Below are positions 48,246 through 60,826 of a stretch of 64,000 nt of DNA, piece by piece (the stretch's first letter is position 1; every line of letters starts with the position of its first letter). This stretch comes from Jatrophihabitans sp. (GTDB lineage Bacteria; Actinomycetota; Actinomycetes; Mycobacteriales; Jatrophihabitantaceae), in the NCBI GenBank assembly GCA_025927835.1, contig JAICKR010000003.1:32-64031 (forward strand), read 5' to 3'. Under the pieces are notes generated by a model, which saw only the letters and a program-made list of their open reading frames with translations, had not been told where the DNA came from and did no database searches. A program made the position numbers and the translations under genes.

Positions 48246-49721
48246 CTATGCGGTGCGGGCCAGCTCCCGGTGCCTGGTGAAGCGCAGCGCGCCGTCCTCG
48301 ATGCGCCCGTGCCGCAGCGCGAGCACGTCGTGTGCGTAGCTCATTCCCAGCCGCCACGGCTGCCGGGAACCGGCCCGCGGGAACTGATCGATCGAGCGCA
48401 GCACGTACCCGGCGGAGAAGTCGAGCAGCGGCGCCTCGGTGACCGAAGGGTCGTCGTTGACCGGCCGGAACTCCTGATAGCCGTGCGCGTCCATGTGCCG
48501 CAGGAGCCGGCAGACGAACTCGCTGACGAGATCGGCCTTCAACGTCCAGGACGCGTTCGTGTAGCCGATGGTGAACGCGAAGTTCGGCACGCCGCTGAGC
48601 ATCATGCCCTTGTAGGCCATCGTGTCTGCGAGATCGACCGTCCGCCCGTCGACCACGAGTTGCATGCCGCCGAACGCGAGCAGTTGCAGCCCGGTCGCGG
48701 TGACCACGACGTCGGCCTCGAGCTCGGCGCCCGACTCGAGCCGCAGCCCGTGCTCGGTGAAGGTGTCGATGCGGTCGGTGACGACGGACGCCTGCCCGTT
48801 CCGGAGCACCCGGAACAGGTCGCCGTCCGGCACCAGGCACAGCCGCTGGTCCCACGGGTTGTAGGTCGGCTTGAAGTGCGTGTCGACGTCGAAGCCCTCG
48901 GGCAGCTGCTTGATCGTGAGGTTGCGGATCAGCTTGCGGATCGTCTCCGGGCGGCGCTTGCTGAGCTGGTAGATCAGCGTGCTGACGAGGACGTTCTTCC
49001 ACCGGGTGATCGCGTACGCCCGGCGTGCGCCGAGCACCCCGCGCAGCTTGTTCGCGATGGCGTCCTCGGCGGGCAGCGTGAGGATGTAGCTCGGCGAGCG
49101 CTGCAGCATCGTCACGTGCGCGGCGGTCTCGGCCATCGCCGGGACGAGCGTCACCGCGGTCGCGCCGCTGCCGATGACGACGACCCGCTTGCCCGCGTAG
49201 TCGAGATCCGCCGGCCAGTGTTGCGGGTGCACGACCTGGCCGCGGAAGTCCGCGGTGCCGGCGAATTCCGGCGTGTACCCCTCGTCGTACCGGTAATAGC
49301 CGCTGCACATGAGCAGCGTGTTGCAGGTGACCGTCACCGCGGCGCCGTCGTGCTCGGCCTCGACCGTCCAGCGCGCCTCGTCGCTCGACCACGACGCGCG
49401 CACGACGCGGTGCCCGAACCGGATGTGCCGGTCGATGCCCGCCTCGCGCGCGGTCTGGCGCACGTACTCGAGGATCGCCGGGCCGTCCGCGATGGCCTTC
49501 GCCTGGGTCCAGGGCTTGAACCGGTAGCCGAGGGTGTGCATGTCCGAATCGGAACGCACACCCGGGTAGCGGAACAGGTCCCACGTGCCGCCGATCGCGT
49601 CGCGCGCCTCGAACACCGCGTAGCTGCGCTTCGGGAACTCGTCCTGGACGTGGTGGGCGGCCCCGATGCCGGACAGCCCCGCCCCGACGATCAGCACGTC
49701 GACGCGGGTACTACGCGGCAT
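48246..49721 (-). CDS. Baeyer-Villiger/flavin monooxygenase (EthA/MymA-like)
   Basis: GAGLSG, GGTWDLFRYPG, FRGQVVHPQHWP, GSGATA. Confidence 0.92.
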   Translation of the reverse strand: MPRSTRVDVLIVGAGLSGIGAAHHVQDEFPKRSYAVFEARDAIGGTWDLFRYPGVRSDSDMHTLGYRFKPWTQAKAIADGPAILEYVRQTAREAGIDRHIRFGHRVVRASWSSDEARWTVEAEHDGAAVTVTCNTLLMCSGYYRYDEGYTPEFAGTADFRGQVVHPQHWPADLDYAGKRVVVIGSGATAVTLVPAMAETAAHVTMLQRSPSYILTLPAEDAIANKLRGVLGARRAYAITRWKNVLVSTLIYQLSKRRPETIRKLIRNLTIKQLPEGFDVDTHFKPTYNPWDQRLCLVPDGDLFRVLRNGQASVVTDRIDTFTEHGLRLESGAELEADVVVTATGLQLLAFGGMQLVVDGRTVDLADTMAYKGMMLSGVPNFAFTIGYTNASWTLKADLVSEFVCRLLRHMDAHGYQEFRPVNDDPSVTEAPLLDFSAGYVLRSIDQFPRAGSRQPWRLGMSYAHDVLALRHGRIEDGALRFTRHRELARTA

Positions 49722-50613
49722 CGCTGCTCCTCGCGGCCGTGTGCCGGACGTGCTCGTCGATCAGGTCGACGACTGTCGGCCAGACACCGCGGGGCAGGTC
49801 GTGCCCCAGGCCGCGCAGCGTCTCGAGGTGCGCGCCGGGGATCGCGGCAGCCGTGCTCGCGCCGCCGGTGGGGTGCACCATCCGATCGCGGTCGCCGTGG
49901 ATGACGAGCGTCGGTGCGGTGACCTTCCGCAGCTCGCGCGTGCGGTCGCCGGACTTGATGATCGCGGCGAGCTGCCGGGTCACGCCGGCTGCGTTGGCCG
50001 GGTCGCGCTCCCAGGCGAGCGCGGCCGAGTCGCGGACGTACTTCTCGTCGAACGGGTAGGCGGCCGAGCCGATGTGCCGGAAGATGCGGACCTCGCGCTC
50101 GGCAAAGTCCGCGGCACTGCGCGCGGGCCTGCCCGCCATCAGCCGCCACGTCGACAGCGCCGGCCGGCCGACCTTGCGGGCGCCGGTCGTCGACATGATC
50201 GAGGTGAGCGAGCGCGCCCGGTCGGGATACCGCGCGGCGACGGTCTGCGCGATCATCCCGCCCATCGAGATGCCCACCACGTGTGCGCTCGAAATCCCGA
50301 GGGCGTCGAGCAGCCCGACCGTGTCGGTGGCCATGTCGGCGAGTTCGTACTGGCGCCGGTGCCACCGCCTGCGCAGCATCGCCATCGGCCGGGGGGCTGG
50401 GAAGTCGGGGTGCGTCGAGCGTCCGACATCGCGGTTGTCGAACCGGATGACGCGATAGCCACGGGCGACGAGCAGGTCGCAGAACTCGTCGGGCCAGCTG
50501 TGCAGCTGCATCGCGAGACCGGCGACGAGGACGAGCGGGACGCCGTCCTCGGGACCGAACTGCTCGTAGGCGAGCGTGATGCCACGCCCGACGTCCACCG
50601 TCTGCTCGCTCAT
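49711..50613 (-). CDS. Alpha/beta hydrolase (LipG-like)
   Basis: RFDNRDVG, GISMGGMIAQ, GLGHDLP. Confidence 0.9.
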   Translation of the reverse strand: MSEQTVDVGRGITLAYEQFGPEDGVPLVLVAGLAMQLHSWPDEFCDLLVARGYRVIRFDNRDVGRSTHPDFPAPRPMAMLRRRWHRRQYELADMATDTVGLLDALGISSAHVVGISMGGMIAQTVAARYPDRARSLTSIMSTTGARKVGRPALSTWRLMAGRPARSAADFAEREVRIFRHIGSAAYPFDEKYVRDSAALAWERDPANAAGVTRQLAAIIKSGDRTRELRKVTAPTLVIHGDRDRMVHPTGGASTAAAIPGAHLETLRGLGHDLPRGVWPTVVDLIDEHVRHTAARSSDAA

Positions 50614-51956
50614 GCGGGCACCTCCGCGGTCTCCGTGACGCGCGCGGTGACCGCGGCCGAACGCCGCCGGGTGACGACGGCACGTCCGCCCTTGGCCGGC
50701 GCATACGCGACGCCGCGATTGTGCCAGCGCTCGTCCGCAGCCCGGGTCGGGTCGAGGCGGAAATCGCGCAGCATCGTGCGCAGCACGACGTTCATCTCCA
50801 GGTGCGCGAACGCAGCCCCGATGCAGCGGCGCGCGCCGCCACCGAACGGGACCCAGCTGTAGTTGTCGGGTCGGTCTCCGACGAAGCGATCGGGGTCGAA
50901 GCGGCTCGCATTCGGCCACAGCTTCTCGTTGTCGTGCACGAGGAACAGGCTCGCGATCACCATCTGCCCCTTGGGCAGCGTCCACCTGCCGAGCTGCATC
51001 GACTCGGCGCGCACCTGCCGGCCGGTCACGTCGATCACCGGACGCACCCGCTGCACCTCCCAGATGGTGGCCTCGCGTAACTCGGAGCCGCCGGCGTCCA
51101 CCTCGTCGACGAGGCGGCGCAGTACCTGCGGGTGCCGGCGCAACCGCTCGACGGCCCAGGCCAGCGTGGTCGCGGTGGTCTCGTGCCCGGCGGTGAGCAG
51201 GGTCAGGAGCTGGTCGGCGATCTGACTGTGCGTCATGCGCGAACCGTCGTCGTAGCGCGCTTGCAGCATCATCGCCAGGATGTCTTCCCGTTCTGCGAGT
51301 TGCGGATCGGCCTCCGCCTTCGCGAACAGCCGCTCGACGATCGCGTCGTACTCGCCGCGATAGCGGTCGAAGCGCACCCACGGGTTGAGCCGGCCGTAGC
51401 GGCCACGTGGGATCGGCAGCACCGCCAGTCGCGAGCCGTACTTGACGAAGTTGGGGAGCAGATCGCGCAGTTCCTGCAGTTCGGCACCCTCGGCGCCGAA
51501 CACCGCACGCAGGATCACGTTCAGGGTGATGTGCATCATCGACTCGAGCGTCGCGAACTCGCGGCCTTCGGGCCACGACGCCATCTCGCGGACGGCCTCC
51601 TCCTCGACGATCGACTCGTAGGTGGCGAGCCGGCGGCCGTGGAAGGGCGGCACGAGAAGCTTGCGCTGCCGCTTGTGCGCCTCACCCTCGAGCGCGAAGA
51701 ACGAGCCCGGCCCGAGCACCCGGCCGAGGTTCATCTCGAAGTTGTCCACAAGCTCGGGCGGGCTGGTGAACAGCTGCTTGACCTCGTCCGGGTCGCTGAT
51801 CATCAGCGCCCGGCCGAAGATCGGAATGTTGATCATGAAGGCGGAGCCGTACCGGGCGCGCAGGTGGCGCATGGTGCGAATCGGTGCGGCCAGGCCGATC
51901 GCGCCCTGGAGCGCGCGTGGGGTGGTAGGTCCGTCCGGCAGTACCGATCCACTCAC
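50610..51956 (-). CDS. Cytochrome P450 (CYP138-like)
   Basis: AGHETT, EVQRVRP, PFGGGARRCIG. Confidence 0.93.
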   Translation of the reverse strand: MSGSVLPDGPTTPRALQGAIGLAAPIRTMRHLRARYGSAFMINIPIFGRALMISDPDEVKQLFTSPPELVDNFEMNLGRVLGPGSFFALEGEAHKRQRKLLVPPFHGRRLATYESIVEEEAVREMASWPEGREFATLESMMHITLNVILRAVFGAEGAELQELRDLLPNFVKYGSRLAVLPIPRGRYGRLNPWVRFDRYRGEYDAIVERLFAKAEADPQLAEREDILAMMLQARYDDGSRMTHSQIADQLLTLLTAGHETTATTLAWAVERLRRHPQVLRRLVDEVDAGGSELREATIWEVQRVRPVIDVTGRQVRAESMQLGRWTLPKGQMVIASLFLVHDNEKLWPNASRFDPDRFVGDRPDNYSWVPFGGGARRCIGAAFAHLEMNVVLRTMLRDFRLDPTRAADERWHNRGVAYAPAKGGRAVVTRRRSAAVTARVTETAEVPA

Positions 51957-51970
51957 GCTGGCGCCCTTTC

Positions 51971-52011
51971 GTGGTACGGAGGAGTACCACTTGACGGTAC
52001 GCCGGAGTACC
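51971..52011. promoter_or_regulatory. Tandem TetR operator palindromes
   Basis: GTGGTAC-N6-GTACCAC and GGTAC-N6-GTACC between the divergent P450 and TetR genes. Confidence 0.75.
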
Positions 52012-52050
52012 ATCGGGGCGCAAGGTGTTCGGACGAGTGAGAGGCCTACC

Positions 52051-52725
52051 GTGACGGCTGTGACAGCGGGCGAGCGCGCGAGCGGCACGCCCACCCTGCC
52101 GAGCGTGCCCGAGCCGGCCGACACCGGCCCCGAGTTCCGCCGCCGGCTGCTCGAGGGCATGGCCGCCGCGATCCGCGAGCACGGCTTCCGCGAGAGCACC
52201 ATCGCCGATGTCGTGCGCCACGCGCGCACCTCGCGGCGCACCTTCTATCAGCACTTCGCGACGAAGCAGGACTGCTACGTCGCCCTGCTGCGCGAGTCGA
52301 ACGCGGAGATGGTCGCGAGCATCGCCGCCGCGGTCGACCGGCACGCGCCCTGGGACAGGCAGGTGCCGCAGGCGATCGGCGCCTGGATCGCTGCGTCCGA
52401 GTCCGAGCCGGCGATCACGCTGAGCTGGATCCGCGAGATCCCCTCGCTCGGCGAGGACGCGCGGCAGCTGCAGCGCGACTTCCTCGAGGCGTTCATCGCG
52501 CTGATCCAGAACCTGAGCGACAACCCGGAACTGCGCGCGGCCGGAGTGCCCCCCGTGTCCCGGCAGGTGGCGATCCTGCTGCTCGGCGGGCTGCGCGAGC
52601 TGATGGCCACGACGGTCGAGGACGGCGGCGCGATCGGCGACATCACCGAGGTCGCGGTCGCGGCCACGATGGCGCTGCTCGGCCCGCGTGACGGAGGCGC
52701 CAGCGCGGCGGGCAGCGGCTCATGA
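52051..52725 (+). CDS. TetR-family regulator
   Basis: RRRLLEGM, TIADVVRHARTSRRTFYQHF. Confidence 0.9.
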   Translation: MTAVTAGERASGTPTLPSVPEPADTGPEFRRRLLEGMAAAIREHGFRESTIADVVRHARTSRRTFYQHFATKQDCYVALLRESNAEMVASIAAAVDRHAPWDRQVPQAIGAWIAASESEPAITLSWIREIPSLGEDARQLQRDFLEAFIALIQNLSDNPELRAAGVPPVSRQVAILLLGGLRELMATTVEDGGAIGDITEVAVAATMALLGPRDGGASAAGSGS

Positions 52726-54038
52726 CCGCGATGCGCGAGCGTGCCGCGGCGGCGACGAAGCCGGCGGTGCGGTGGGGCGTCGCGCACCTGCTCCCCCGCA
52801 CATTGATGACCGTCGCGGCCCGGCGTGGCGACCTGCAGGGCCGGCTGATCATGGCCAGCCGCGGCGGCGACCCGTTCCCGCTGTTCGAGCAGCTGCGCGC
52901 ACACGGCCCGCTCTACCGCGGCAGGTTCGCCTACCTGACCACGTCGCTGCCGCTCGTGCGTGAGGTGCTGGGCAGCAACGACTTCCGCACCGGCTTCGAC
53001 CGCACCGCGATCCGTGGACCGCTCGGCAAGGCGTTCCTGTGGTCGACCGACGACGACCTGCTCGGGCCGCTCTCCCCGCCGTCGCTACTGGTGACCGAGC
53101 CGCCCGATCACACCCGCTACCGCAAGCTGGTCACCCGCGTCTTCAGCGTGCGCGCGGTCGACCGGCTGCGCGGCCGGGTGGAGCAGATCGCGGCCGATCT
53201 GCTGGACGGGCTGGCCGCCGACGGCACCGTCGATCTCGTCGAGCGCTACTGCGCGCTCCTGCCGGTCACCGTGATCGCCGAGGTTCTCGGCGTGCCGGAG
53301 AGCGAGCAGGCACGGGTGCTGGCCTTCGGTGCCGCCGCCGCGCCGAGCCTGGACCTCGGGCTGTCCTGGCGGCAGTTCCGCGAGGTCGAGGGCGCTCTCG
53401 CCGGCTTCGATCGCTGGCTCACCGCGCACCTCGACGCGCTGCGCCGCAGCCCCGGCGACGACCTGTTCAGCCAGCTCGTCGCGGAGACCGAGGACGGCGT
53501 CGGGCTCACCGACCGCGAGCTCAAGGCCACCGCCGGGCTGGTGCTCGCGGCGGGGTTCGAGACGACGGTGAACCTGCTGGGCAACGGCACCGCGCTCCTC
53601 GAGCGCCATCCCGACCAGCTCGACCGGCTGCGCCGCGACGGCGAGCTGTGGCCGAACGCGGTCGACGAGATCCTGCGCATCGACCCGCCGGTGCTGCTCA
53701 CCGGACGCACCGCGGTGCGTGACACCGAGGTCGCCGGGCGGACGATCACGAAGGGCTCGCTGCTGACCACGATCCTCGCCGCGGCGAACCGCGACCCCGA
53801 GGTGTTCGACCGGCCGGCCGAGTTCGACGTCGCGCGCGAGAACGCCAAGGAGCACGTCGCGTTCTCCGCCGGACGGCACTACTGCCTGGGCGCGGCGCTG
53901 GCCCGGATGGAGGGCGAGGTCGGGCTGCGCCTGCTCTTCGAGCGGTACCCCGAGCTGACCGTGCTGCCCGGGGCCACCCGGCGCAGCACCCGCATCCTGC
54001 GCGGTTACGAGCGGCTGCCCGTCCGCCTCAAGGGGTGA
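52722..54038 (+). CDS. Cytochrome P450 (CYP140-like)
   Basis: AGFETT, EILR, FSAGRHYCLG. Confidence 0.93.
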   Translation: MTAMRERAAAATKPAVRWGVAHLLPRTLMTVAARRGDLQGRLIMASRGGDPFPLFEQLRAHGPLYRGRFAYLTTSLPLVREVLGSNDFRTGFDRTAIRGPLGKAFLWSTDDDLLGPLSPPSLLVTEPPDHTRYRKLVTRVFSVRAVDRLRGRVEQIAADLLDGLAADGTVDLVERYCALLPVTVIAEVLGVPESEQARVLAFGAAAAPSLDLGLSWRQFREVEGALAGFDRWLTAHLDALRRSPGDDLFSQLVAETEDGVGLTDRELKATAGLVLAAGFETTVNLLGNGTALLERHPDQLDRLRRDGELWPNAVDEILRIDPPVLLTGRTAVRDTEVAGRTITKGSLLTTILAAANRDPEVFDRPAEFDVARENAKEHVAFSAGRHYCLGAALARMEGEVGLRLLFERYPELTVLPGATRRSTRILRGYERLPVRLKG

Positions 54039-54051
54039 ACGACGCCCGATC

Positions 54052-54068
54052 AGTTCCACTAGTGAACT
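54052..54068. promoter_or_regulatory. Imperfect palindrome, possible HxlR-family operator
   Basis: AGTTCCACTAGTGAACT about 20 nt upstream of the oxidoreductase-HxlR operon. Confidence 0.45.
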
Positions 54069-54088
54069 AACTGGGTTACAGTCCGGCT

Positions 54089-56325
<2,237 letters not shown>

Positions 56326-56329
<4 letters not shown>

Positions 56330-56826
56330 AGCGCACCCAGTTCGCGAACTGGCCGTGCTCGATCGCGCGCACTGTCGACCTGCTCGGTGACTGGTGGACA
56401 CCGCTCGTGCTGCGCGAGGCGTTCTACGGGACGAAGCGCTTCGACGACTTCCAGCAGGTGCTCGGCATCGGGCGCAACATCCTCACCCAACGGCTCAACC
56501 GGCTCGTCGAGGAAGACATCTTCGAGAAGGTGCCGTATCAGGAGCGTCCGGTCCGGCACGAGTACGTGCTCACACCCAAGGGCCGGGAGCTGTTCCCGGT
56601 GCTCGCCGCGATCAACAGCTGGGGCGATCGCTGGCTCGCCGGCGATGCAGGCGTGCCGGTCGTGCTGCACCACAGGAGCTGCGCGCACGAGACGTCCGCG
56701 GCGGTCGTCTGTTCGCACTGCCGCGAGCCGCTCGAGCTGGACGACGTGCAGGCGCGGCTCGGCCCCGGCTTCCCGGACCGGCACCGACCCGCCGCGCTCG
56801 CGACCGGCCGGTTCACCGGCAGCTAG
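56326..56826 (+). CDS. HxlR-family winged-helix regulator
   Basis: CSIARTVDLLGDWWTPLVLRE, EYVLTPKG, WGDRW. Confidence 0.9.
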
Positions 56827-56924
56827 CTGCCAGTCGGCTGTGCGCGGTGCCTGCGCTCAGGCGAGTTGTTCACCCGGCGCCGGGATCAGCGGCGACTCAG
56901 GTCCTGGTTCGCATGCTGGGGGCA

Positions 56925-58463
56925 ATGAGATTCATCATCCGGCGGGCGCACGCTCCGACCGCGTTCGTGCTGGTCAACGCCGTGGCGTTCTACCTCGTCC
57001 GCCCGGGCGTGCCCGACCTGTGGGCCGCCCGGGCGCGCGCGTCGGCGGTCGGGCATGGCGTCGGGCTCGGGTACTGGTTCGGCTGGTTCGGCGGCTCGAC
57101 GCCGGGCAACTACTCGGTCATCACCCCGTACCTGTCCGCGAAGCTGGGCACCGAGCTCGTCGCCGCGCTCGCCGCCGTCGCCATCACCGCCATGGTGACC
57201 GTCCTCGTCCGCGATACGGCTCGGCCGCAAGCCGCGGCGTTCGTCGCCGCATTCGGCGTCGTCAGCAACCTGTGGTGCGGCCGCGTGCCGTTCCTGCTCG
57301 GCTCCGCCTTCGCCGTCGCCGCGCTGCTCTGCGTGCAGCGTCGGACCCGAGCGGCCGCCGCCGCGCTGGCCGTGCTGAGCGTGCTGGCGTCGCCGGTCGC
57401 CGGCGCGTTCCTGTGCCTGGGCCTGTCCGGAGTGGTGTTCACCGCGCGGTTGCGTCAGTACCGGACGACTGCCTGGTGCGCGGTGGCGGGCGCGGCTGCG
57501 ACGTTGATCGCGCTTGCGGCGCTGTTCGGCGCCCCGGGGACCGAGCCCTACCCGTTCCACTTGATCGGCGAGGTCGTCCTGCTGCTCGCCCTGATGCTCG
57601 TCTCGGCGCCACCGGACCACCTGCGGGTCACCCTGCTCACCGCGGGGTTGGCCGCGTTCGCAGCGTTCCTGGTGCCGAACGGCATGGGCTCGAACGTCGC
57701 CCGGCTCGCACTCTTCTGCCTTCCCCCTGCGGCGGTCGCACTGAGCCGGCGTCCCGATCGCGCACTGGCCGTGCTGTCGGCGCCGGTCCTGGTGCTGAGC
57801 GCGTTCTCCTCGCAGTCGGCGATCTTGAGCGCGGCCAACCCCGGCTCGTCTACCGCGTACTACGCACCGCTCGCGGGCGAGCTGGACACACTGCCGGCGA
57901 TGACCGACTACCGCCTCGAGCTCGTCGGCGCCAAGCACGCGGCGTATGCCGCGCTGCTCGACCACGCGACGCTGGCCCGCGGTTGGGAGACGCAGCAGGA
58001 CCGCGCGCTCAACGCACAGGTCAACGCCCGGTCTCTGGACGTGCGCAGCTTCCGGGATTGGCTCGACGACAACGCGGTCGGCTACGTCGCGGTCAACCTA
58101 CCGGGTGGCACGACCCCGGAGGCCCGGCTGGTCGCGCACGCCGGGCCGGGCCTGCTGCGCCCGATCTGGCGTTCCGCGCACTGGGAGTTGTTCGGGGTGA
58201 CGGGCCCGACACCGATCGTCGGCATGCCTGCCGTGCTCACCGCGTCCAGCCAGTCCGCATTGACCGTGCAGGTCCCGTGCCGCTGCACGGTACCGCTGCA
58301 CGTGCGCTGGTCACGGTTCCTCGCCGTCGAGGCAAGCCTGCCCAACGACACAGCGGACTCGATCGAGGACGCGGCTCACGCCACGCTTGTATCCGACCGG
58401 GAAGGGTGGACGATGCTGTCGGCCAACCGGGCCGGCACCTACGTCCTGTCCGGCTCGCTCTAG
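56925..58463 (+). CDS. Polytopic membrane protein with extracytoplasmic tail (GT-C-like candidate)
   Basis: PDLWAA, WFGG..PGNYSV, GRVPF, LARGWETQQD. Confidence 0.65.
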   Translation: MRFIIRRAHAPTAFVLVNAVAFYLVRPGVPDLWAARARASAVGHGVGLGYWFGWFGGSTPGNYSVITPYLSAKLGTELVAALAAVAITAMVTVLVRDTARPQAAAFVAAFGVVSNLWCGRVPFLLGSAFAVAALLCVQRRTRAAAAALAVLSVLASPVAGAFLCLGLSGVVFTARLRQYRTTAWCAVAGAAATLIALAALFGAPGTEPYPFHLIGEVVLLLALMLVSAPPDHLRVTLLTAGLAAFAAFLVPNGMGSNVARLALFCLPPAAVALSRRPDRALAVLSAPVLVLSAFSSQSAILSAANPGSSTAYYAPLAGELDTLPAMTDYRLELVGAKHAAYAALLDHATLARGWETQQDRALNAQVNARSLDVRSFRDWLDDNAVGYVAVNLPGGTTPEARLVAHAGPGLLRPIWRSAHWELFGVTGPTPIVGMPAVLTASSQSALTVQVPCRCTVPLHVRWSRFLAVEASLPNDTADSIEDAAHATLVSDREGWTMLSANRAGTYVLSGSL

Positions 58464-58480
58464 CTCCTGCACGGTCGGAC

Positions 58481-59206
58481 CTACCGCGACTCGGGCAGCG
58501 GCGTCTGCCGCGGCCGAGCGAGCAGGGAGCGGGCGGCGCGTACACAGAAGAATACGGTCGCGGGTAGGGCCACCAGCGCGCCGCTCAGCGCGAACCCGAC
58601 GCCCGATGCGCCGGTGCGCGCGGCCTGGTCGGCGGATGCGATCGCGAGGCCGGCGGTGCCGGCTGCGAACGCCGCGGCGCCGAGCGCGTCGACCAGACCG
58701 GCAGGCAGCAGTTGCGGTGCTCGGACCTGCCGGCGCCACGCGAGGTGGCCGAGCAGCAGCATCAGCCCCAACAGGCCGGCGATCACCCGCAGCACGACCG
58801 CGTCGTCCGCAGTCTCCTGCACTGACGCTCCGTGGCCCGGGAACAGGGTCTGCCCACCGACGAAGGAGCGGCCGGCCACCGCATTCATGACAAGCGCGAC
58901 CAGGCCGCTCGCGCCGACCGCAACCAGTCCGCACCCGCCGAGGAACAGCGCGGCGCGCGCGGTCTCGAGTACGAGGGCCCGCAACGAGCTGTGCGATGCG
59001 GCCCGCACGACGGGCGTCACCGGCCCGAACCTGCGCACGGCCTCGGCCTCGGCCTCGACGCGGGACCTGCCGGCGCCGTGTAGTTCGTCGGCCGTCGCAT
59101 GCAGATGGTCGCTCGCTTCGTCGAGCAGCCGGCGCGTCGTGCGCGCATCGCTGCGCGAGCGGCGCAGCAGGTCGTCCAGGTAGTCCTCGACCGGGCTGTC
59201 GGTCAT
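58481..59206 (-). CDS. PadR-associated membrane protein (HAAS/permease-prefix-like N-terminus)
   Basis: YLDDL...EASDHL...AEAEAVRRFG followed by four TMs. Confidence 0.75.
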   Translation of the reverse strand: MTDSPVEDYLDDLLRRSRSDARTTRRLLDEASDHLHATADELHGAGRSRVEAEAEAVRRFGPVTPVVRAASHSSLRALVLETARAALFLGGCGLVAVGASGLVALVMNAVAGRSFVGGQTLFPGHGASVQETADDAVVLRVIAGLLGLMLLLGHLAWRRQVRAPQLLPAGLVDALGAAAFAAGTAGLAIASADQAARTGASGVGFALSGALVALPATVFFCVRAARSLLARPRQTPLPESR

Positions 59207-59517
59207 GCGATCACCGCCTGCATGGACGCGACGTAGCCCTGCCAGGCCCGGCGCCGGCTGGCGAACTCCTTGCGTCCACGCGCCGTGAGCGCGTAGGTGC
59301 GCCGGCGCCGACCCTGTACCGACTCGAGCGCGCTCTCGATCAGGCCGGAGCGTTCGAGCCGGTGCAGCGCGGGGTAGATCGTGCCTTCGGCGAGCTCGAA
59401 CTCCCCGTCACTGCGCTCGCGCAGCGCGGTGATGATCGCGTATCCGTGCGCCGGGCCGCGGCGCAGCACACCCATCAGCAGCAGATCCACGTTGTTCGTC
59501 GGCTGTGCGCTCCACAT
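59203..59517 (-). CDS. PadR-family regulator
   Basis: HGYAII, EGTIYPALHRLE, RRRTYALT. Confidence 0.92.
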   Translation of the reverse strand: MWSAQPTNNVDLLLMGVLRRGPAHGYAIITALRERSDGEFELAEGTIYPALHRLERSGLIESALESVQGRRRRTYALTARGRKEFASRRRAWQGYVASMQAVIA

Positions 59518-59609
59518 ACCTCGGCAGTCTATGCATCGTTCGGCGATGTGTCCACCCGTTGCCCGGCTCGCGCCGGCCGAACCGCGTGGCTGGACTACTG
59601 TCCTGGCGT

Positions 59610-60188
59610 ATGTCCACCGCGCCCAGCTATACCGAGGCGACGCGCCGGCAGCTCAACGCGCGCCAGATCGAGACGGTGGGCAAGCTGGTTGCGGCCGCAC
59701 GCGAGGAGCTGCGCGAGGTGGGCTTCGCGGGCATGACCATTCGGACGGTCGCAGCGCGCGCCGATGTCGCCCCGGCAACCGCGTACACCTACTTCTCGTC
59801 CAAGAACCACCTCGTCTCGGAGATCTTCTGGCGCACGCTTGCCGAACGGCCGCGCGTGACGACCCGAAAGACCGCGCCGTACGGGCGGGTCGTCGACGTG
59901 TTCGCCGATCTCGGCGAGCTGATGGCGCACGAGCCGGAGCTGTCGGCGGCCACCACCATTGCGTTGTTGAGCGAGGAGCCCGACGTCAAGCACCTGCGCG
60001 TGCTCATCGGCACCGAGGTCAACGAGCGCATCGCCGAGGCGCTCGGCGACAAGCACTCCCCCGAAGTTCTCGACGCGCTGAGCCTGGCGTGGTCGGGCGC
60101 CATGCTGCAGGTCGGCATGGGGCACGCGTCCGCAGAGGCGCTCGGCGAACGGCTGGCACGCGTGACGCGCCTGCTGATGCGTCCCTAG
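59610..60188 (+). CDS. TetR-family regulator
   Basis: TIRTVAARADVAPATAYTYFSSKNHL. Confidence 0.9.
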   Translation: MSTAPSYTEATRRQLNARQIETVGKLVAAAREELREVGFAGMTIRTVAARADVAPATAYTYFSSKNHLVSEIFWRTLAERPRVTTRKTAPYGRVVDVFADLGELMAHEPELSAATTIALLSEEPDVKHLRVLIGTEVNERIAEALGDKHSPEVLDALSLAWSGAMLQVGMGHASAEALGERLARVTRLLMRP

Positions 60189-60199
60189 GGGCGAAGCGG

Positions 60200-60826
60200 T
60201 CAGGACACCGCGGCGGCAGTGCGCCGCAGCACCCGCAGCGAGCCGGTGATCGAGACCGGCTCGAACGCACCGGCGCTCTCCGCGCGTTGCACGACGTGCC
60301 ACGGCGGCTGACCGCCGTCGCGCGGATCGGGAAAGACGTCGTGGACCGCGAGCAGCCCGTTGCGGACGACGTGCGGCGCGAACGCGGCGTAGTCGTGCTG
60401 GGCCACCTCTTCGGTGTGGTTGCCGTCCAGGAACAGGAAGCTCAGCGGCGTCGTCCACCAGCGCGCGACCTGCTGTGTCGTGCCGACGACGAGATTGACC
60501 GCCTCCTCCACGCCGGCGTCGAACAGCGTGCGGCGCACGTGCGGCAGCGTGTCGAGCCGCCCGGCGTGCGGATCGACCAGCGCGGTGTCGTGCCACTCCC
60601 AGCCGGGCTGGTTCTCCTCCGAGCCGCGGTGGTGGTCGAGCGTGATCAGCCGCGCGCCGACCTCGCGCGCGACGACGGCGAGATGGACGGTCGACTTTCC
60701 GCAGTACGTGCCCACCTCGAGCCACACACCCGGCCCGGCTCGGTGCGCCGCGGCACGCAGCGCGTCCGCCTCGTCCTCCGGCAGGAAGCCCTTTGCCGCA
60801 CGCGCGACCTCGAGCGGGTCGTTCAC
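60200..60826 (-). CDS. Class I SAM-dependent methyltransferase (Methyltransf_24-like)
   Basis: KGFLP, LEVGTYCGKS, DHHRGSEE, LFLDGNH, VHDVF. Confidence 0.85.
   Translation of the reverse strand: MNDPLEVARAAKGFLPEDEADALRAAAHRAGPGVWLEVGTYCGKSTVHLAVVAREVGARLITLDHHRGSEENQPGWEWHDTALVDPHAGRLDTLPHVRRTLFDAGVEEAVNLVVGTTQQVARWWTTPLSFLFLDGNHTEEVAQHDYAAFAPHVVRNGLLAVHDVFPDPRDGGQPPWHVVQRAESAGAFEPVSITGSLRVLRRTAAAVS

Noticed and set aside
59592-59603. GGAC-N4-GTCC palindrome before the TetR gene
   Set aside because: Arms are too short to distinguish from chance
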